Below are positions 20,590 to 29,768 of a stretch of 64,000 nt of DNA, piece by piece. The DNA comes from Desulfomicrobium sp. (GTDB lineage: Bacteria > Desulfobacterota > Desulfovibrionia > Desulfovibrionales > Desulfomicrobiaceae): contig JAXGMI010000001.1 in NCBI GenBank assembly GCA_040768745.1, positions 1,184,001 through 1,248,000 on the forward strand, read 5' to 3'. The translations under genes and the position numbers were made by a program. Every line of letters begins with the position of its first letter. The first letter of the stretch is position 1. The notes under the pieces were generated by a model. The model did no database searches. It was not told where the DNA came from and saw only the letters and a list, made by a program, of their open reading frames with translations.

Positions 20590-20622
20590 ATGACCCGTGA
20601 AAATCCCGCCTGAAGCTCACCA

Positions 20623-20650
20623 GAGGACCGGCCTGAAAACCGGTCCTTTC
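20623..20650. terminator. Hairpin between convergent genes
   Basis: AGGACCGG-CCTGAAAA-CCGGTCCT followed by TTC. Confidence 0.55.
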
Positions 20651-21485
20651 ATTTTCCAATGGCGGAGGCGGTCCGTGCGAGCAGCTCTTCGAGCAGCATG
20701 GCGGCTTCCCTGGCGTGTTTGGGCAGTGTGTCCAATTCCCGCAGCATCCGACCGATGAGCGGGTCGATGGATGGACCGGCATCGCATTCCGGACGATCCG
20801 TCAGCCTGGTGCTGAAGAAGTTCCACGCCAGTGGCGCATCGGGGTTGCGAAACGGCCAATCCAGTCTGGTGCGCAACAGCCGGGCCACTGCCGTCAGGCT
20901 GTGATCAGAGAGAACGGAAAGGCCGATCGTGCGTTGCAAACGGGCCTCCAGGGCGCCGAGGGCTGCGGCAATGAATCTGTGCTCGGGTATGATGAGCCCG
21001 TACTCAAACCAGTCTTCCAGCCCAGCGCGCACCAGAAGCTTCCACCGCGGTTCCAGTTCGGCATAGGTCGGACAGAAATAGAGCCTGCAGGCCGCTCCAC
21101 CGTAAAAACTCAGACCACGCCAGTCCACCCCGCAGTTTCCTGCAGCCAGCGGATGCAGCATGCAGCCGATGCGTTCACCATCATTTGTGATCATGCCGGC
21201 AAAGACGCAGTGATGGAACTCCGGCACAGGATGGTCCTGGCCTTCAAGTACTGAACGGTCGAGCGCAAACCCCAGAATGGCGTCAATTTTTCGAGGGACT
21301 TTGGCGAATTCCGCTGCCCGTTGGAGGAGCAACTGTCGCAAACCTTCGCGGGTCACGCCGCGCAGGTTGTAGAGCCCGCAGCAGCTGCCACAGGAAATCC
21401 GGTTTCCGACCTGGCAGAGATAGACTCCGCCACGGACCTGTTCATCTTCGGAAAGAATTGGCATGGTGATTTTCATATGTGGCAT
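20649..21485 (-). CDS. Cys-rich hypothetical protein (possible metal/Fe-S binding)
   Basis: LCQ, SCGSCCGLYN, HHCVFAG, GCMLHP and CRLYFCP motifs; start uncertain. Confidence 0.7.
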   Translation of the reverse strand: MPHMKITMPILSEDEQVRGGVYLCQVGNRISCGSCCGLYNLRGVTREGLRQLLLQRAAEFAKVPRKIDAILGFALDRSVLEGQDHPVPEFHHCVFAGMITNDGERIGCMLHPLAAGNCGVDWRGLSFYGGAACRLYFCPTYAELEPRWKLLVRAGLEDWFEYGLIIPEHRFIAAALGALEARLQRTIGLSVLSDHSLTAVARLLRTRLDWPFRNPDAPLAWNFFSTRLTDRPECDAGPSIDPLIGRMLRELDTLPKHAREAAMLLEELLARTASAIGK

Positions 21486-21560
21486 GGTTCTTCCTGGATC
21501 TCACGCCGCCGCCTTTGTGCTTTCACACATCAGGATCCCTGCCGCGTTTTTGGAGACCGC

Positions 21561-22019
21561 ATGACCCTGCACCGCCTGCATCGCATCCAGACCATACCCG
21601 TGCCCCAGGATGTGGCCTGGGCCTTTTTCTCCGATCCGCTCAACCTTGCCGCCATCACTCCGCCATGGCTGGATTTCCGTGTCACAGGACCTCCTCCCTC
21701 GCCCATGTACGGCGGACAAATCCTGACCTATACTGTTTGTCCCCTGCCAAGATTGCGGATGCGCTGGGTCACGGAGATCAGCCATGTGCGAAGGCCCGAT
21801 TTTTTCGTCGATCAGCAGAGGCTGGGGCCATACCGCCTGTGGCATCACCAGCATCTGTTCAGATCCGTGGCAGAAGGTACGGAAATGGAGGATGTGGTCC
21901 ACTATGCCCTGCCGTTCTGGCCTTTGGGCGAACTGGGGCGGACCATGGTCGCGGCGCGACTCGATGCTATTTTTGAGTTCCGGCGGCAAACATTGGCGCG
22001 GATGTTCGGACAGACCTGA
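21561..22019 (+). CDS. SRPBCC family protein
   Basis: AWAFFSDPLNLAAITPP, FVDQQRLGPYRLWHHQHLF, MEDVVHY; GGAG RBS. Confidence 0.85.
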   Translation: MTLHRLHRIQTIPVPQDVAWAFFSDPLNLAAITPPWLDFRVTGPPPSPMYGGQILTYTVCPLPRLRMRWVTEISHVRRPDFFVDQQRLGPYRLWHHQHLFRSVAEGTEMEDVVHYALPFWPLGELGRTMVAARLDAIFEFRRQTLARMFGQT

Positions 22020-22070
22020 GCTGCCACTCTCGCCGCTGTGGTGCCGAAACCCGTGGTAGCCCCAGGGGAG

Positions 22071-23144
22071 TCATGGCCGCTCCTGCCTGCATTGCTGCAG
22101 TTTTTCCTCGATTCTTTTCTGGACGATACTCGTCAGCACGCCAGCCCCCAGAATGAACATGCTGGCCAGTCCGGTGGTCACCTCGCCACCGGGCAGATGA
22201 TGGCCCGCAGCGGACATGAACATGACCAGGACCAGGAATCCAATGGCCCAGAAGGCCGCCGGTTCCAGGTACTTGTACTGCTCCAGGGTGCCCTTTTCCA
22301 CGAGGTAGACGGTCATGGAGCGCACGAAGAGGGCACCGATGCCCAGACCGATGGCGATGAGCCAGAATTTGTTGGTGATGGCGAAGGCCGCCACCACGCC
22401 GTCGAAGGAGAAGCTGCTGTCCAGCACCTCCAGGTAGAGAAAGCCGACCAACCCGTTCCTTTCCGCCACGGTGACGATGTCGCCGCCGCCCACGATGTGC
22501 TTGAGCACGTCGATCAGGGCGTGCACGGCGAAGCCGCTCAGGGAGCTGATCATGAAGAGGTATCGTTCCGTCGACGGGATGAAGTAGGTCGTCAGCATGA
22601 CCAAGCCGATGGTCATGCTGGCCGCTGCGTTTTCGACGCTGCCGGCCTTGACGAAGAATTTTTCGATGACGGGCAGCCAGTGCGTCTCCTTCTCCTTGTT
22701 CAGGAAATAGGTCAGGGCGACGATGAGCAGGAAGGTGCCGCCGAAACCCATGATGCCCATGTGGCTGCCTTCCATGATGTGGCGGTATTCGTCGGGCTGG
22801 GTGGTAGCGATGACCCAGGACTGGCCGAAGGGCATGTCCCCGGCCACGGAGACGATGAGGATGGGGAAGAGGACGCGCATGCCGAAGACGGCGATGGCGA
22901 TGCCCACGGTCAGAAACATGATCCGCCAGAATGGGGTCATGACCCGCAGCACCGTGGCGTTGACCACGGCGTTGTCCAGAGAGACGCATGTTTCCAGGCA
23001 GGCCAGCAGGGTCGTGGTCAGAAGAAATGCGAGTCCAGCAGGGATACCGCCAGTATGGTAGCCGAGAAAAAAAGCTCCGCTCAATCCCAGGATGGACAGG
23101 ATGATCGATTCGAGAAAATAGCTGATCGTGCTGCGCTGAGACAT
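22071..23144 (-). CDS. DUF475 / TerC-like integral membrane protein
   Basis: LETCVSLDNAVVNA, YLEVLDSSFSFDGVVAAFA and YLEPAAFWAI motifs; GAGG RBS. Confidence 0.85.
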   Translation of the reverse strand: MSQRSTISYFLESIILSILGLSGAFFLGYHTGGIPAGLAFLLTTTLLACLETCVSLDNAVVNATVLRVMTPFWRIMFLTVGIAIAVFGMRVLFPILIVSVAGDMPFGQSWVIATTQPDEYRHIMEGSHMGIMGFGGTFLLIVALTYFLNKEKETHWLPVIEKFFVKAGSVENAAASMTIGLVMLTTYFIPSTERYLFMISSLSGFAVHALIDVLKHIVGGGDIVTVAERNGLVGFLYLEVLDSSFSFDGVVAAFAITNKFWLIAIGLGIGALFVRSMTVYLVEKGTLEQYKYLEPAAFWAIGFLVLVMFMSAAGHHLPGGEVTTGLASMFILGAGVLTSIVQKRIEEKLQQCRQERP

Positions 23145-23738
23145 GGCGGCACCTCATTGTTGATTTAAAAGTTGGGAAAAAGATTCCTGATGGGGCTATT
23201 CCCGGACCAACTAACAGTCAAGCCCCGCGCTGAAATACAGGTTCCGGGGTGGGTGAACTCCTCTGACATGATTTTTGAGACAGGGGAGAGCCCGGAAAGC
23301 AACCCTGCATCCAGCGGGTACTGATTTCGCAATCAGTATGGCAGCCCGGACCGCAAGACGTGGCTTCGGGTTGTCCCAAAGCAGTTCCGAAGATTTTTCA
23401 AAAGGTCCAGAGGATTTTTTGTTCACGCCACGTCGTTAATCCGGAGGAGCAGCGGAATCGGTCGGGAGCCCTTGCGTTTTCCGGGCGTGCATTTTTCCGG
23501 GAGAATAATTCTTTCGTATGCAACGGGTGACGATTTTGGATGCATGCCTCTTGTGGGATTATGCACGATAGGTTATACATCCCGCGGTTGCATATAACCT
23601 ATATCCAACGCAGGGAGGGAATGATTTTTTCAGGGAGAGGAACAGGGGTGTTCAAACATGAGGCATGTATTCAGGCTGGAGCAATCCGATTTTCTTGGCA
23701 GCTAACTCGTCACCACATTGCGGAATTGGGGAGGTTGT

Positions 23739-25493
23739 ATGGCGGATGATTCGGCAAGAGACGACAAGAACATTGTCGTCATTGAAAGCGGAAAAACCAC
23801 ACTCAAGGATCTTTACACCAAAGAGGATTGGATGGCCATCTGGTTGGGGTTTCTGATCCTCATCTGCGGAGTTGTCGTTTTCATGTCCCGGCCTCCGGCC
23901 AACATGGAAGCTGAATTTGCGAAGCACAATGGCATCATGAAGGAAGAGGCGGCAAAGGCACCATTCAAAACCATCGCCTGGAACAAGGCGTCCATGGCCA
24001 AGAAGAAGATCAGCGCCGGCAATGAAGAGTATGCCAAGGGCCTGAAGAATTTCCTGGCTGCGCCCAGCAACTGGTCCAGTAATCCTCTTGATGCGTTGTA
24101 TTCTTCACAGGAAGCTGCGGACGCCAAGAACGCTGCCGCCAAGGATGCCTTCGACAAGGCCAAATCGGCCGAGGAGGCTGCATTGGCCAAGGCCCAGGCT
24201 TCGGAAGCCGCTGCCGCTGGCGCTGCGTTCAAGGACGAAACCCTGAACAAGGCTGCCGAGAGTGACATCAACGCCTGGGTTGCCACGGTGGACAAAACAT
24301 CCAAGGCCAAATCCAAGGCCAGTGCGAAACCATTCAACAGGATCCCCTACCTTGCTGGTCTGGCCATTGCCCTGGCCTTGTTTTTTGGCATGGGCAAAGC
24401 CATTATGGGTGAATCCTTTGGGAGTTTCCTCACCGGCTTTTTCTTCGTGTTCATCCTGGCCGTACTGGCATACATGGCTGAAACCCAGGCCCTGATGAAA
24501 CACTGGGGCTTTGGCTTTCCTCTGTGGGCCATTGTTTTTGGCATGCTCATTTCCAATACAATCGGTACTCCCAAGTGGGTGGTGCCGGCTGTGCAGACCG
24601 AGTACTACATCAAGACAGGCCTGGTGCTACTGGGTGCGGAAATCCTGTTCAGCAAGATGTTGGCCATTGGCAAGCCGGGCATTTTCGTGGCCTGGGTGTG
24701 CACCCCCATCACCCTGATCCTCACCTATTGGTTCGGCCAGAAGATTCTGAAAATGCCGTCCAAAACCCTGAACATGACTATCTCCGCGGATATGTCCGTC
24801 TGCGGCGTTTCAGCCGCCATCGCCACAGCAGCGGCCTGCAAGGCAAAGAAAGAGGAACTGACCCTGGCCATCGGCTTGTCCATGATCTTTACGGCGGTGT
24901 GCATGGTCGGTCAGCCCGCCTTTGCCAAACTGGTGGGTTTGCCGGAAGTCCTGGCGGGAGCCTGGATGGGCTCCACCATTGATTCCACGGGCGCAGTGGC
25001 CGCTGCAGGGGCGTTTTATGGCCAGAAGGCTTTGTATGTGGCCGCCACCATCAAGATGATCCAGAACGTGCTCATCGGCGTGACGGCCTTTTGCGTTGCA
25101 CTCTACTGGTGTACAAAAGTGGAAAATATCCCCGGCCAGAAAGTCAGTGGGTGGGAAATCTGGCATCGGTTCCCCAAGTTCGTACTCGGTTTCATCGCGG
25201 CTTCCATCATCTTCTCCTTCATGTTCAACGCGCTTGGAAACGATTACAGCACGGCGGTAATCGACCATGGCACAATCCGAGGTTTCACCCGACTGCTCCG
25301 CGAATGGTTCTTCGCTCTGGCCTTCACCTCCATCGGTTTGGAAACCAACTTCCAGGAGTTCAAACCGCATTTCAAGGGAGGCAAGCCGGCCACGCTGTAT
25401 ATCTTTGGCCAGACATTCCAGCTCACCCTGACCCTCATCGTCGGCTACATCATGTTCTATGTGGTCTTCCCCGAGGTGACTGCGAGTCTGTAA
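23739..25493 (+). CDS. YeiH / putative sulfate exporter (PSE) family transporter, copy 1
   Basis: [31 protein letters not shown] and RFPKFVLGF motifs; long Ala/Lys-rich insert after TM1. Confidence 0.88.
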   Translation: MADDSARDDKNIVVIESGKTTLKDLYTKEDWMAIWLGFLILICGVVVFMSRPPANMEAEFAKHNGIMKEEAAKAPFKTIAWNKASMAKKKISAGNEEYAKGLKNFLAAPSNWSSNPLDALYSSQEAADAKNAAAKDAFDKAKSAEEAALAKAQASEAAAAGAAFKDETLNKAAESDINAWVATVDKTSKAKSKASAKPFNRIPYLAGLAIALALFFGMGKAIMGESFGSFLTGFFFVFILAVLAYMAETQALMKHWGFGFPLWAIVFGMLISNTIGTPKWVVPAVQTEYYIKTGLVLLGAEILFSKMLAIGKPGIFVAWVCTPITLILTYWFGQKILKMPSKTLNMTISADMSVCGVSAAIATAAACKAKKEELTLAIGLSMIFTAVCMVGQPAFAKLVGLPEVLAGAWMGSTIDSTGAVAAAGAFYGQKALYVAATIKMIQNVLIGVTAFCVALYWCTKVENIPGQKVSGWEIWHRFPKFVLGFIAASIIFSFMFNALGNDYSTAVIDHGTIRGFTRLLREWFFALAFTSIGLETNFQEFKPHFKGGKPATLYIFGQTFQLTLTLIVGYIMFYVVFPEVTASL

Positions 25494-25496
25494 AAA

Positions 25497-25793
25497 ATGA
25501 ATCAGGAGCAATCCAACAGTCCAACAACCTCCTGCGGGGTTCCGGCCCCGCAGGAGCGCCTCCATGCCTGGCTCAAGCTTTTGGCCGGAGCCATGGCTGT
25601 CCTGGGGTTCATATTCGGCATCGGGACTCTGGCCAGCTACCTGCCAGGGGCCAAGCACATGGCGCAGGTGATCGAAGAGCGCGACCTCAGGGCCACAGCC
25701 ATTTTCTACACCGATTTCAAGGAATCAGCCGAGGGTTCCGAATACATCCGAGACTGTCTGGAGTACCCGCCAGACAGAACGTCACAGCGCTAA
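25497..25793 (+). CDS. Small single-TM protein coupled to YeiH copy 1
   Basis: 3 bp after the YeiH stop; TM helix then LRATAIFYTD...EGSEYI; paralogous to 45542-45775. Confidence 0.75.
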   Translation: MNQEQSNSPTTSCGVPAPQERLHAWLKLLAGAMAVLGFIFGIGTLASYLPGAKHMAQVIEERDLRATAIFYTDFKESAEGSEYIRDCLEYPPDRTSQR

Positions 25794-25886
25794 GAAGGAC
25801 TGTCTGCTCCATTTTGCTGGACAGGCGATGCGACAGTTTGCGCATTCCATCTCCACGCATAACGCATGGATGGCGCTTGGCCGGGC

Positions 25887-27047
25887 CTACCACTTCCGTT
25901 CGTATTTGTTCCTGAGCAGGATGGCGATGGCATTCATGGACAGCAGCACGGCCAGCAGCACAATGATGCCGGCCGAGGTCCGCTCCGTGAAGGCGCGCAT
26001 GGACTCCGCCGACCAGACGTAGATCTGGGCCGGCAGGACCGTGGCCGCGCTGGTCAGGCCGCGGGGCATGTCCTGGATGTAGGCCACCATGCCGATGATG
26101 AGGAGCGGAGCCGTCTCGCCGATGGCCCGGGCCAGGCCGATGATGGTCCCCGTCAGGATGCCGGGCAGGGACAGGGGCAGGACGTGGTCCCAGACCACCT
26201 GCCAGTGGGTCGCGCCCAGGGCCAGGGCGCCCTTGCGGATGGAGTCGGGGATGGCCCGGATGGCCGCGCGGGTGGCGATGATGATGACCGGCAGGGTCAT
26301 CAGCGCCAGGGTCAGGCCGCCGACCAGGGCCGAGGAGCGCGGCAGGCCCAGGAAGTTGATGAAGATGGCCAGGCCGAGCAGGCCGAAGAGGATGGACGGG
26401 ATGGCCGCGAGGTTGTTGATGTTCACTTCGACGATGTGCATCAGCCGGTTGTCCGGGGCGAACTCCTCCAGGTAGATGGCGGCCATGACCCCGGCCGGGA
26501 AGCTGAAGATGAACGTGATGGCCAGCAGGTAGACCGTGCCCACGGCGGCCGACAGGATGCCGGCCATCTCCGGCAGCTTGGAGTCGCCGTTGGCGAAGAA
26601 GCCGGTGTTGAAGACCTTCTTGATCTGTCCGGCGGCCCGGAGTTCGTCCACCAGGGCGGTCTCCTGGGGCTTGAGCCGGTTGGCTTTGCCCTTGACGTAC
26701 TGGTCCACCTCGGCGTTGGCCAGGACCCAGAGCGTCTGCGTGTGACCCAGGAGTTGCGGGTTCTCGCGCAGCTGCATGGGCAGGACGCGGGTCACCCCGC
26801 GGCTGACCAGGCGGGAAATTTTGGGGTCCAGGGCCGAGATGGGGTTGTCGAAGATCTCCTGGGTGAAGGTGACCTGCGCCTGGATCTCGGTCTGCTGGAA
26901 GGCCGTGTAGCCCTGGCGGACGATGTCCGTGAAGAAGATGACCAGGAAGATGCCGGCCACGGACAGGGCCATGTAGGACAGGGCCTTGAACTGGGCCTCG
27001 CCGTTTTTGCGTTTGCGCAGGCTGCGCGGGTCGATGGGCATGGTCAT
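25887..27047 (-). CDS. pstA: Phosphate ABC transporter permease PstA
   Basis: YLEEFA, NLAAIPSILFG, EAA-type loop ALALGAT, ARAIGETAP. Confidence 0.93.
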   Translation of the reverse strand: MTMPIDPRSLRKRKNGEAQFKALSYMALSVAGIFLVIFFTDIVRQGYTAFQQTEIQAQVTFTQEIFDNPISALDPKISRLVSRGVTRVLPMQLRENPQLLGHTQTLWVLANAEVDQYVKGKANRLKPQETALVDELRAAGQIKKVFNTGFFANGDSKLPEMAGILSAAVGTVYLLAITFIFSFPAGVMAAIYLEEFAPDNRLMHIVEVNINNLAAIPSILFGLLGLAIFINFLGLPRSSALVGGLTLALMTLPVIIIATRAAIRAIPDSIRKGALALGATHWQVVWDHVLPLSLPGILTGTIIGLARAIGETAPLLIIGMVAYIQDMPRGLTSAATVLPAQIYVWSAESMRAFTERTSAGIIVLLAVLLSMNAIAILLRNKYERKW

Positions 27048-27056
27048 GGCGGGCTC

Positions 27057-28286
27057 CTATTCGTAGCGTTGCCGGAACTTGCGGATGACGGTCAGGGAGA
27101 TGATGTTCAGCCCCAGGGTCAGGACCAGGAGGACCAGCCCCAGGCCGAAGGCGGCCAGGGTCTCCGGGCTGTCGAAGGACTGGTCCCCCGTCAGGGCGTC
27201 GACGATGCGCACGTTGACCGTGGTCATCCCCACCAGCGGGTTCCAGGTCAGGTTGGGCTGCAGCCCGGCGGCCATGACCACGATCATGGTTTCGCCCACG
27301 GCCCGGGACACGGCCAGCAGGCAGGCCGAGACGATGCCGGGCAGGGCGGCGGGCAGGATGACGCGCTTGATGGTCTCGGACCGGTAGGCGCCCAGGGCCA
27401 GGGAGCCCTCGCGCAGGCTCTGAGGGACAGAGCTGATCACGTCGTCGGACAGGGACGAGACGAGCGGGATGATCATGATGCCCATGACCAGACCGGGGCT
27501 CAGGGCGTTGGTGAAATCCGCCTGCAGACCGACGGCTTCGGCCATCCGCACGATGAACGGGCTGACGGTGATGGCGGCGAAGAACCCGTAGACCACGGTG
27601 GGGATGCCGGCCAGGATCTCCAGGGCGGGCTTGGCCACGCGCCTGGTGGCCAGGGACGCGTACTCGGACATGCAGATGGCCGAGAAGAGCCCCACCGGGA
27701 TGGCCACGCACATGGCGATGGCCGTGATCATGAACGTGCCAGCAAAAAGCGGGACCGACCCGAAGAGCGGCTGGACTTTCCCGTCCGGGCCGACGGTGGC
27801 CGCGTCGGGGTTCCATTCGCGCCCTGTCAGGAAGTCCCAGAAATCGACGATGCGGAGAAAGTGCACCGCCTCGAAGACGATGGACAGGACGATGCCGATG
27901 GTCGTCAGGATGGAGATGAGGGAGGCCAGGAGCAGGACGCGGGTGATGGTTTTCTCCAGGACCACGCGCACCCGCATGGCCGGTTTGATGGCCGCAAGCG
28001 CCAGCCACATGCTCCCCGCGCCCAGGAAGAGGCCCGAGGCCGCGAGCATGGTCCATGGGACCTCGAACAGGTCGAACAGGTCGAGGATCGACCCGGCCGC
28101 GCTGATGGCGATGGCCGGCATGAACATCCGCGTCACGGCGTACCAGCCGAACAGGTTTTCCGAGGCCTTGAACAGGGCCGAGGGGTCCTGCTGGCTGCGG
28201 ATTGTCCTGCGGCCAAGCAGGTAGGCGACCAGGGCCAGGGGCAGGAACCCGGTGAACAGGTATTGGGCCAGATAGGTTGTGGTCAC
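27057..28286 (-). CDS. pstC: Phosphate ABC transporter permease PstC
   Basis: LEILAGIPTVVYG, LREGSLALGA, SRAVGETMIV; GTG start. Confidence 0.93.
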   Translation of the reverse strand: MTTTYLAQYLFTGFLPLALVAYLLGRRTIRSQQDPSALFKASENLFGWYAVTRMFMPAIAISAAGSILDLFDLFEVPWTMLAASGLFLGAGSMWLALAAIKPAMRVRVVLEKTITRVLLLASLISILTTIGIVLSIVFEAVHFLRIVDFWDFLTGREWNPDAATVGPDGKVQPLFGSVPLFAGTFMITAIAMCVAIPVGLFSAICMSEYASLATRRVAKPALEILAGIPTVVYGFFAAITVSPFIVRMAEAVGLQADFTNALSPGLVMGIMIIPLVSSLSDDVISSVPQSLREGSLALGAYRSETIKRVILPAALPGIVSACLLAVSRAVGETMIVVMAAGLQPNLTWNPLVGMTTVNVRIVDALTGDQSFDSPETLAAFGLGLVLLVLTLGLNIISLTVIRKFRQRYE

Positions 28287-28379
28287 GAGAAACCTCGCTT
28301 GTTGTCGAGCGCGCCGATGGGCCGGGTCGCTGTCGCACTCCCCGGCCCATCGGCATTTCGGATGCGGATGCTATGGACT

Positions 28380-29399
28380 CTATTTGTGTTTCAGCTCGTC
28401 GAGCGTCAGCTTCTTCTTGGCCAGCACGTCCGCACGGACCTTGGCGCGGGCGTCGTCAGGCAGCGGGATGAGGCCGATGCCCTTCAGCAGGCCGTCCTTG
28501 CCGATCATCTTTTCGCTCATGAACAGCTCCACGTATTCCTTCAGGCCGGGGATGGCGTCGTAGTGGGCGTTCTTGATGTAGAAGTACAGGGAGCGGGAGA
28601 TGGGGTACTTGCCGGAGGCGACGGTCTCGGGGCTGGGCTCGACGCCATTGACAGCCGCGGCCTGGATGGTGTCGGCGTTCTCTTCCAGGAAGCTGTAGCC
28701 GAAGATGCCGAAGGCGTCCTTGTCCTTGGACAGCTTCTGGACGATCAGGTTGTCGTTCTCGCCGGCGGGCACGTAGGCGCTGTCCTGGCGGATCTTCTTG
28801 TATCCCTTCTCGTAGCCCTCGATCTTGCCGCAGACCTTTTCGACGACCATTTCCTCGAAGGCGTCGCGGGTGCCGGAAGAGGTGGGCGGGCCGTAGAAGA
28901 CGATCTTGCGGGCAGGGAGTTTGGCGTTGATTTCGTTCCAGGTCTTATACGGGTTGGGCACGATCTTGCCGTCAACCGGCACATCGGCGGCCACGGCCTT
29001 GGCCAGCTCCTCAAGGGTGATGCTCATGGGCGCGTTGCCCTTGTTCTGGGCGATGGCGATGCCGTCGAAGCCGACCTTGGCTTCGGTGATGTCCGTGACG
29101 CCGTTCTTCTCGGCGGCTTCGAACTCGCTGTCCTTCATGCGGCGGGAGGAGTTGGCGATGTCGGGGGTGTTGGGTCCCATGCCGGCGCCAAACAGCTTGT
29201 GGCCTCCGCCGGAACCGGTGGACTCGACCACAGGGGCGGGGAACTTGGTGGTCGCGCCCAGCTCTTCGGCCACGTAGCTGGAGAAGGGGAAGACCGTGGA
29301 CGAGCCGGTGACCTTGACCTGGTCGCGGGCGTGGGCCATGCCGCTGCCGACGACCAGCAGAGCCAGGGCGATGAGGGATTTTTTCAGGAAACGGTTCAT
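28380..29399 (-). CDS. pstS: Phosphate-binding periplasmic protein
   Basis: Signal peptide, GSSTVFP, STGSGGG, SGTRDAF and YPISRSL motifs; AGGAGG RBS. Confidence 0.93.
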   Translation of the reverse strand: MNRFLKKSLIALALLVVGSGMAHARDQVKVTGSSTVFPFSSYVAEELGATTKFPAPVVESTGSGGGHKLFGAGMGPNTPDIANSSRRMKDSEFEAAEKNGVTDITEAKVGFDGIAIAQNKGNAPMSITLEELAKAVAADVPVDGKIVPNPYKTWNEINAKLPARKIVFYGPPTSSGTRDAFEEMVVEKVCGKIEGYEKGYKKIRQDSAYVPAGENDNLIVQKLSKDKDAFGIFGYSFLEENADTIQAAAVNGVEPSPETVASGKYPISRSLYFYIKNAHYDAIPGLKEYVELFMSEKMIGKDGLLKGIGLIPLPDDARAKVRADVLAKKKLTLDELKHK

Positions 29400-29467
29400 G
29401 TGTGCCTCCTTGGCGATGTTTCGATTCAGATTCGCTTGATGCGTTGATAAGCTGTCTAGAGAAGGTT

Positions 29468-29506
29468 TGTTACAGGATGTTGAGGCTATTGTGACGACTG
29501 TGTGAC
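29468..29506 (-). promoter_or_regulatory. Pho boxes upstream of pstS
   Basis: Minus strand GTCACA-N5-GTCACA-N5-CTCAAC-N5-GTAACA, exact 11-bp period. Confidence 0.8.
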
Positions 29507-29768
29507 ATTGATCGGCTGGAGAGCGTATCGCAGACGTTTGTTTTGCAGCTTTGCGGAAGTCTGCAAAACAAGATTCCGCATGATGGAGATCAAGGTTTGG
29601 ACAGCCATGGATGAGGCCATGACAAGGGCGGTCCCTGTGCTTTGGCGGCCTGGACCCTGCGGTTGACTCTTATGTTTTCGGGAATGAGGTCGGGTTCTGC
29701 AGCCCGCGAGAAAAATGGAGAAAGGTTCGATTGATTGAGCGTGCCGATGGTGAGTTGCCAGGGCAGAA

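Noticed and set aside
23251..23266. GGAGTTCACC resembling the 5' core of a fluoride riboswitch
   Set aside because: Lacks the preceding GGYGAT and the downstream GCTGATGAC elements
23281..23362. Plus-strand resemblance to yybP-ykoY (GGGGAG...TACT...TGGC...GCAAGAC)
   Set aside because: Wrong strand for the TerC-like gene, P1 does not pair, and the GUCA element is missing
25866..29447. 1193-aa plus-strand ORF and 879-aa alternative-frame ORF over pstSCA
   Set aside because: Antisense or off-frame shadows caused by extreme GC3 bias; no recognisable motifs, while the minus-strand pst genes are clear
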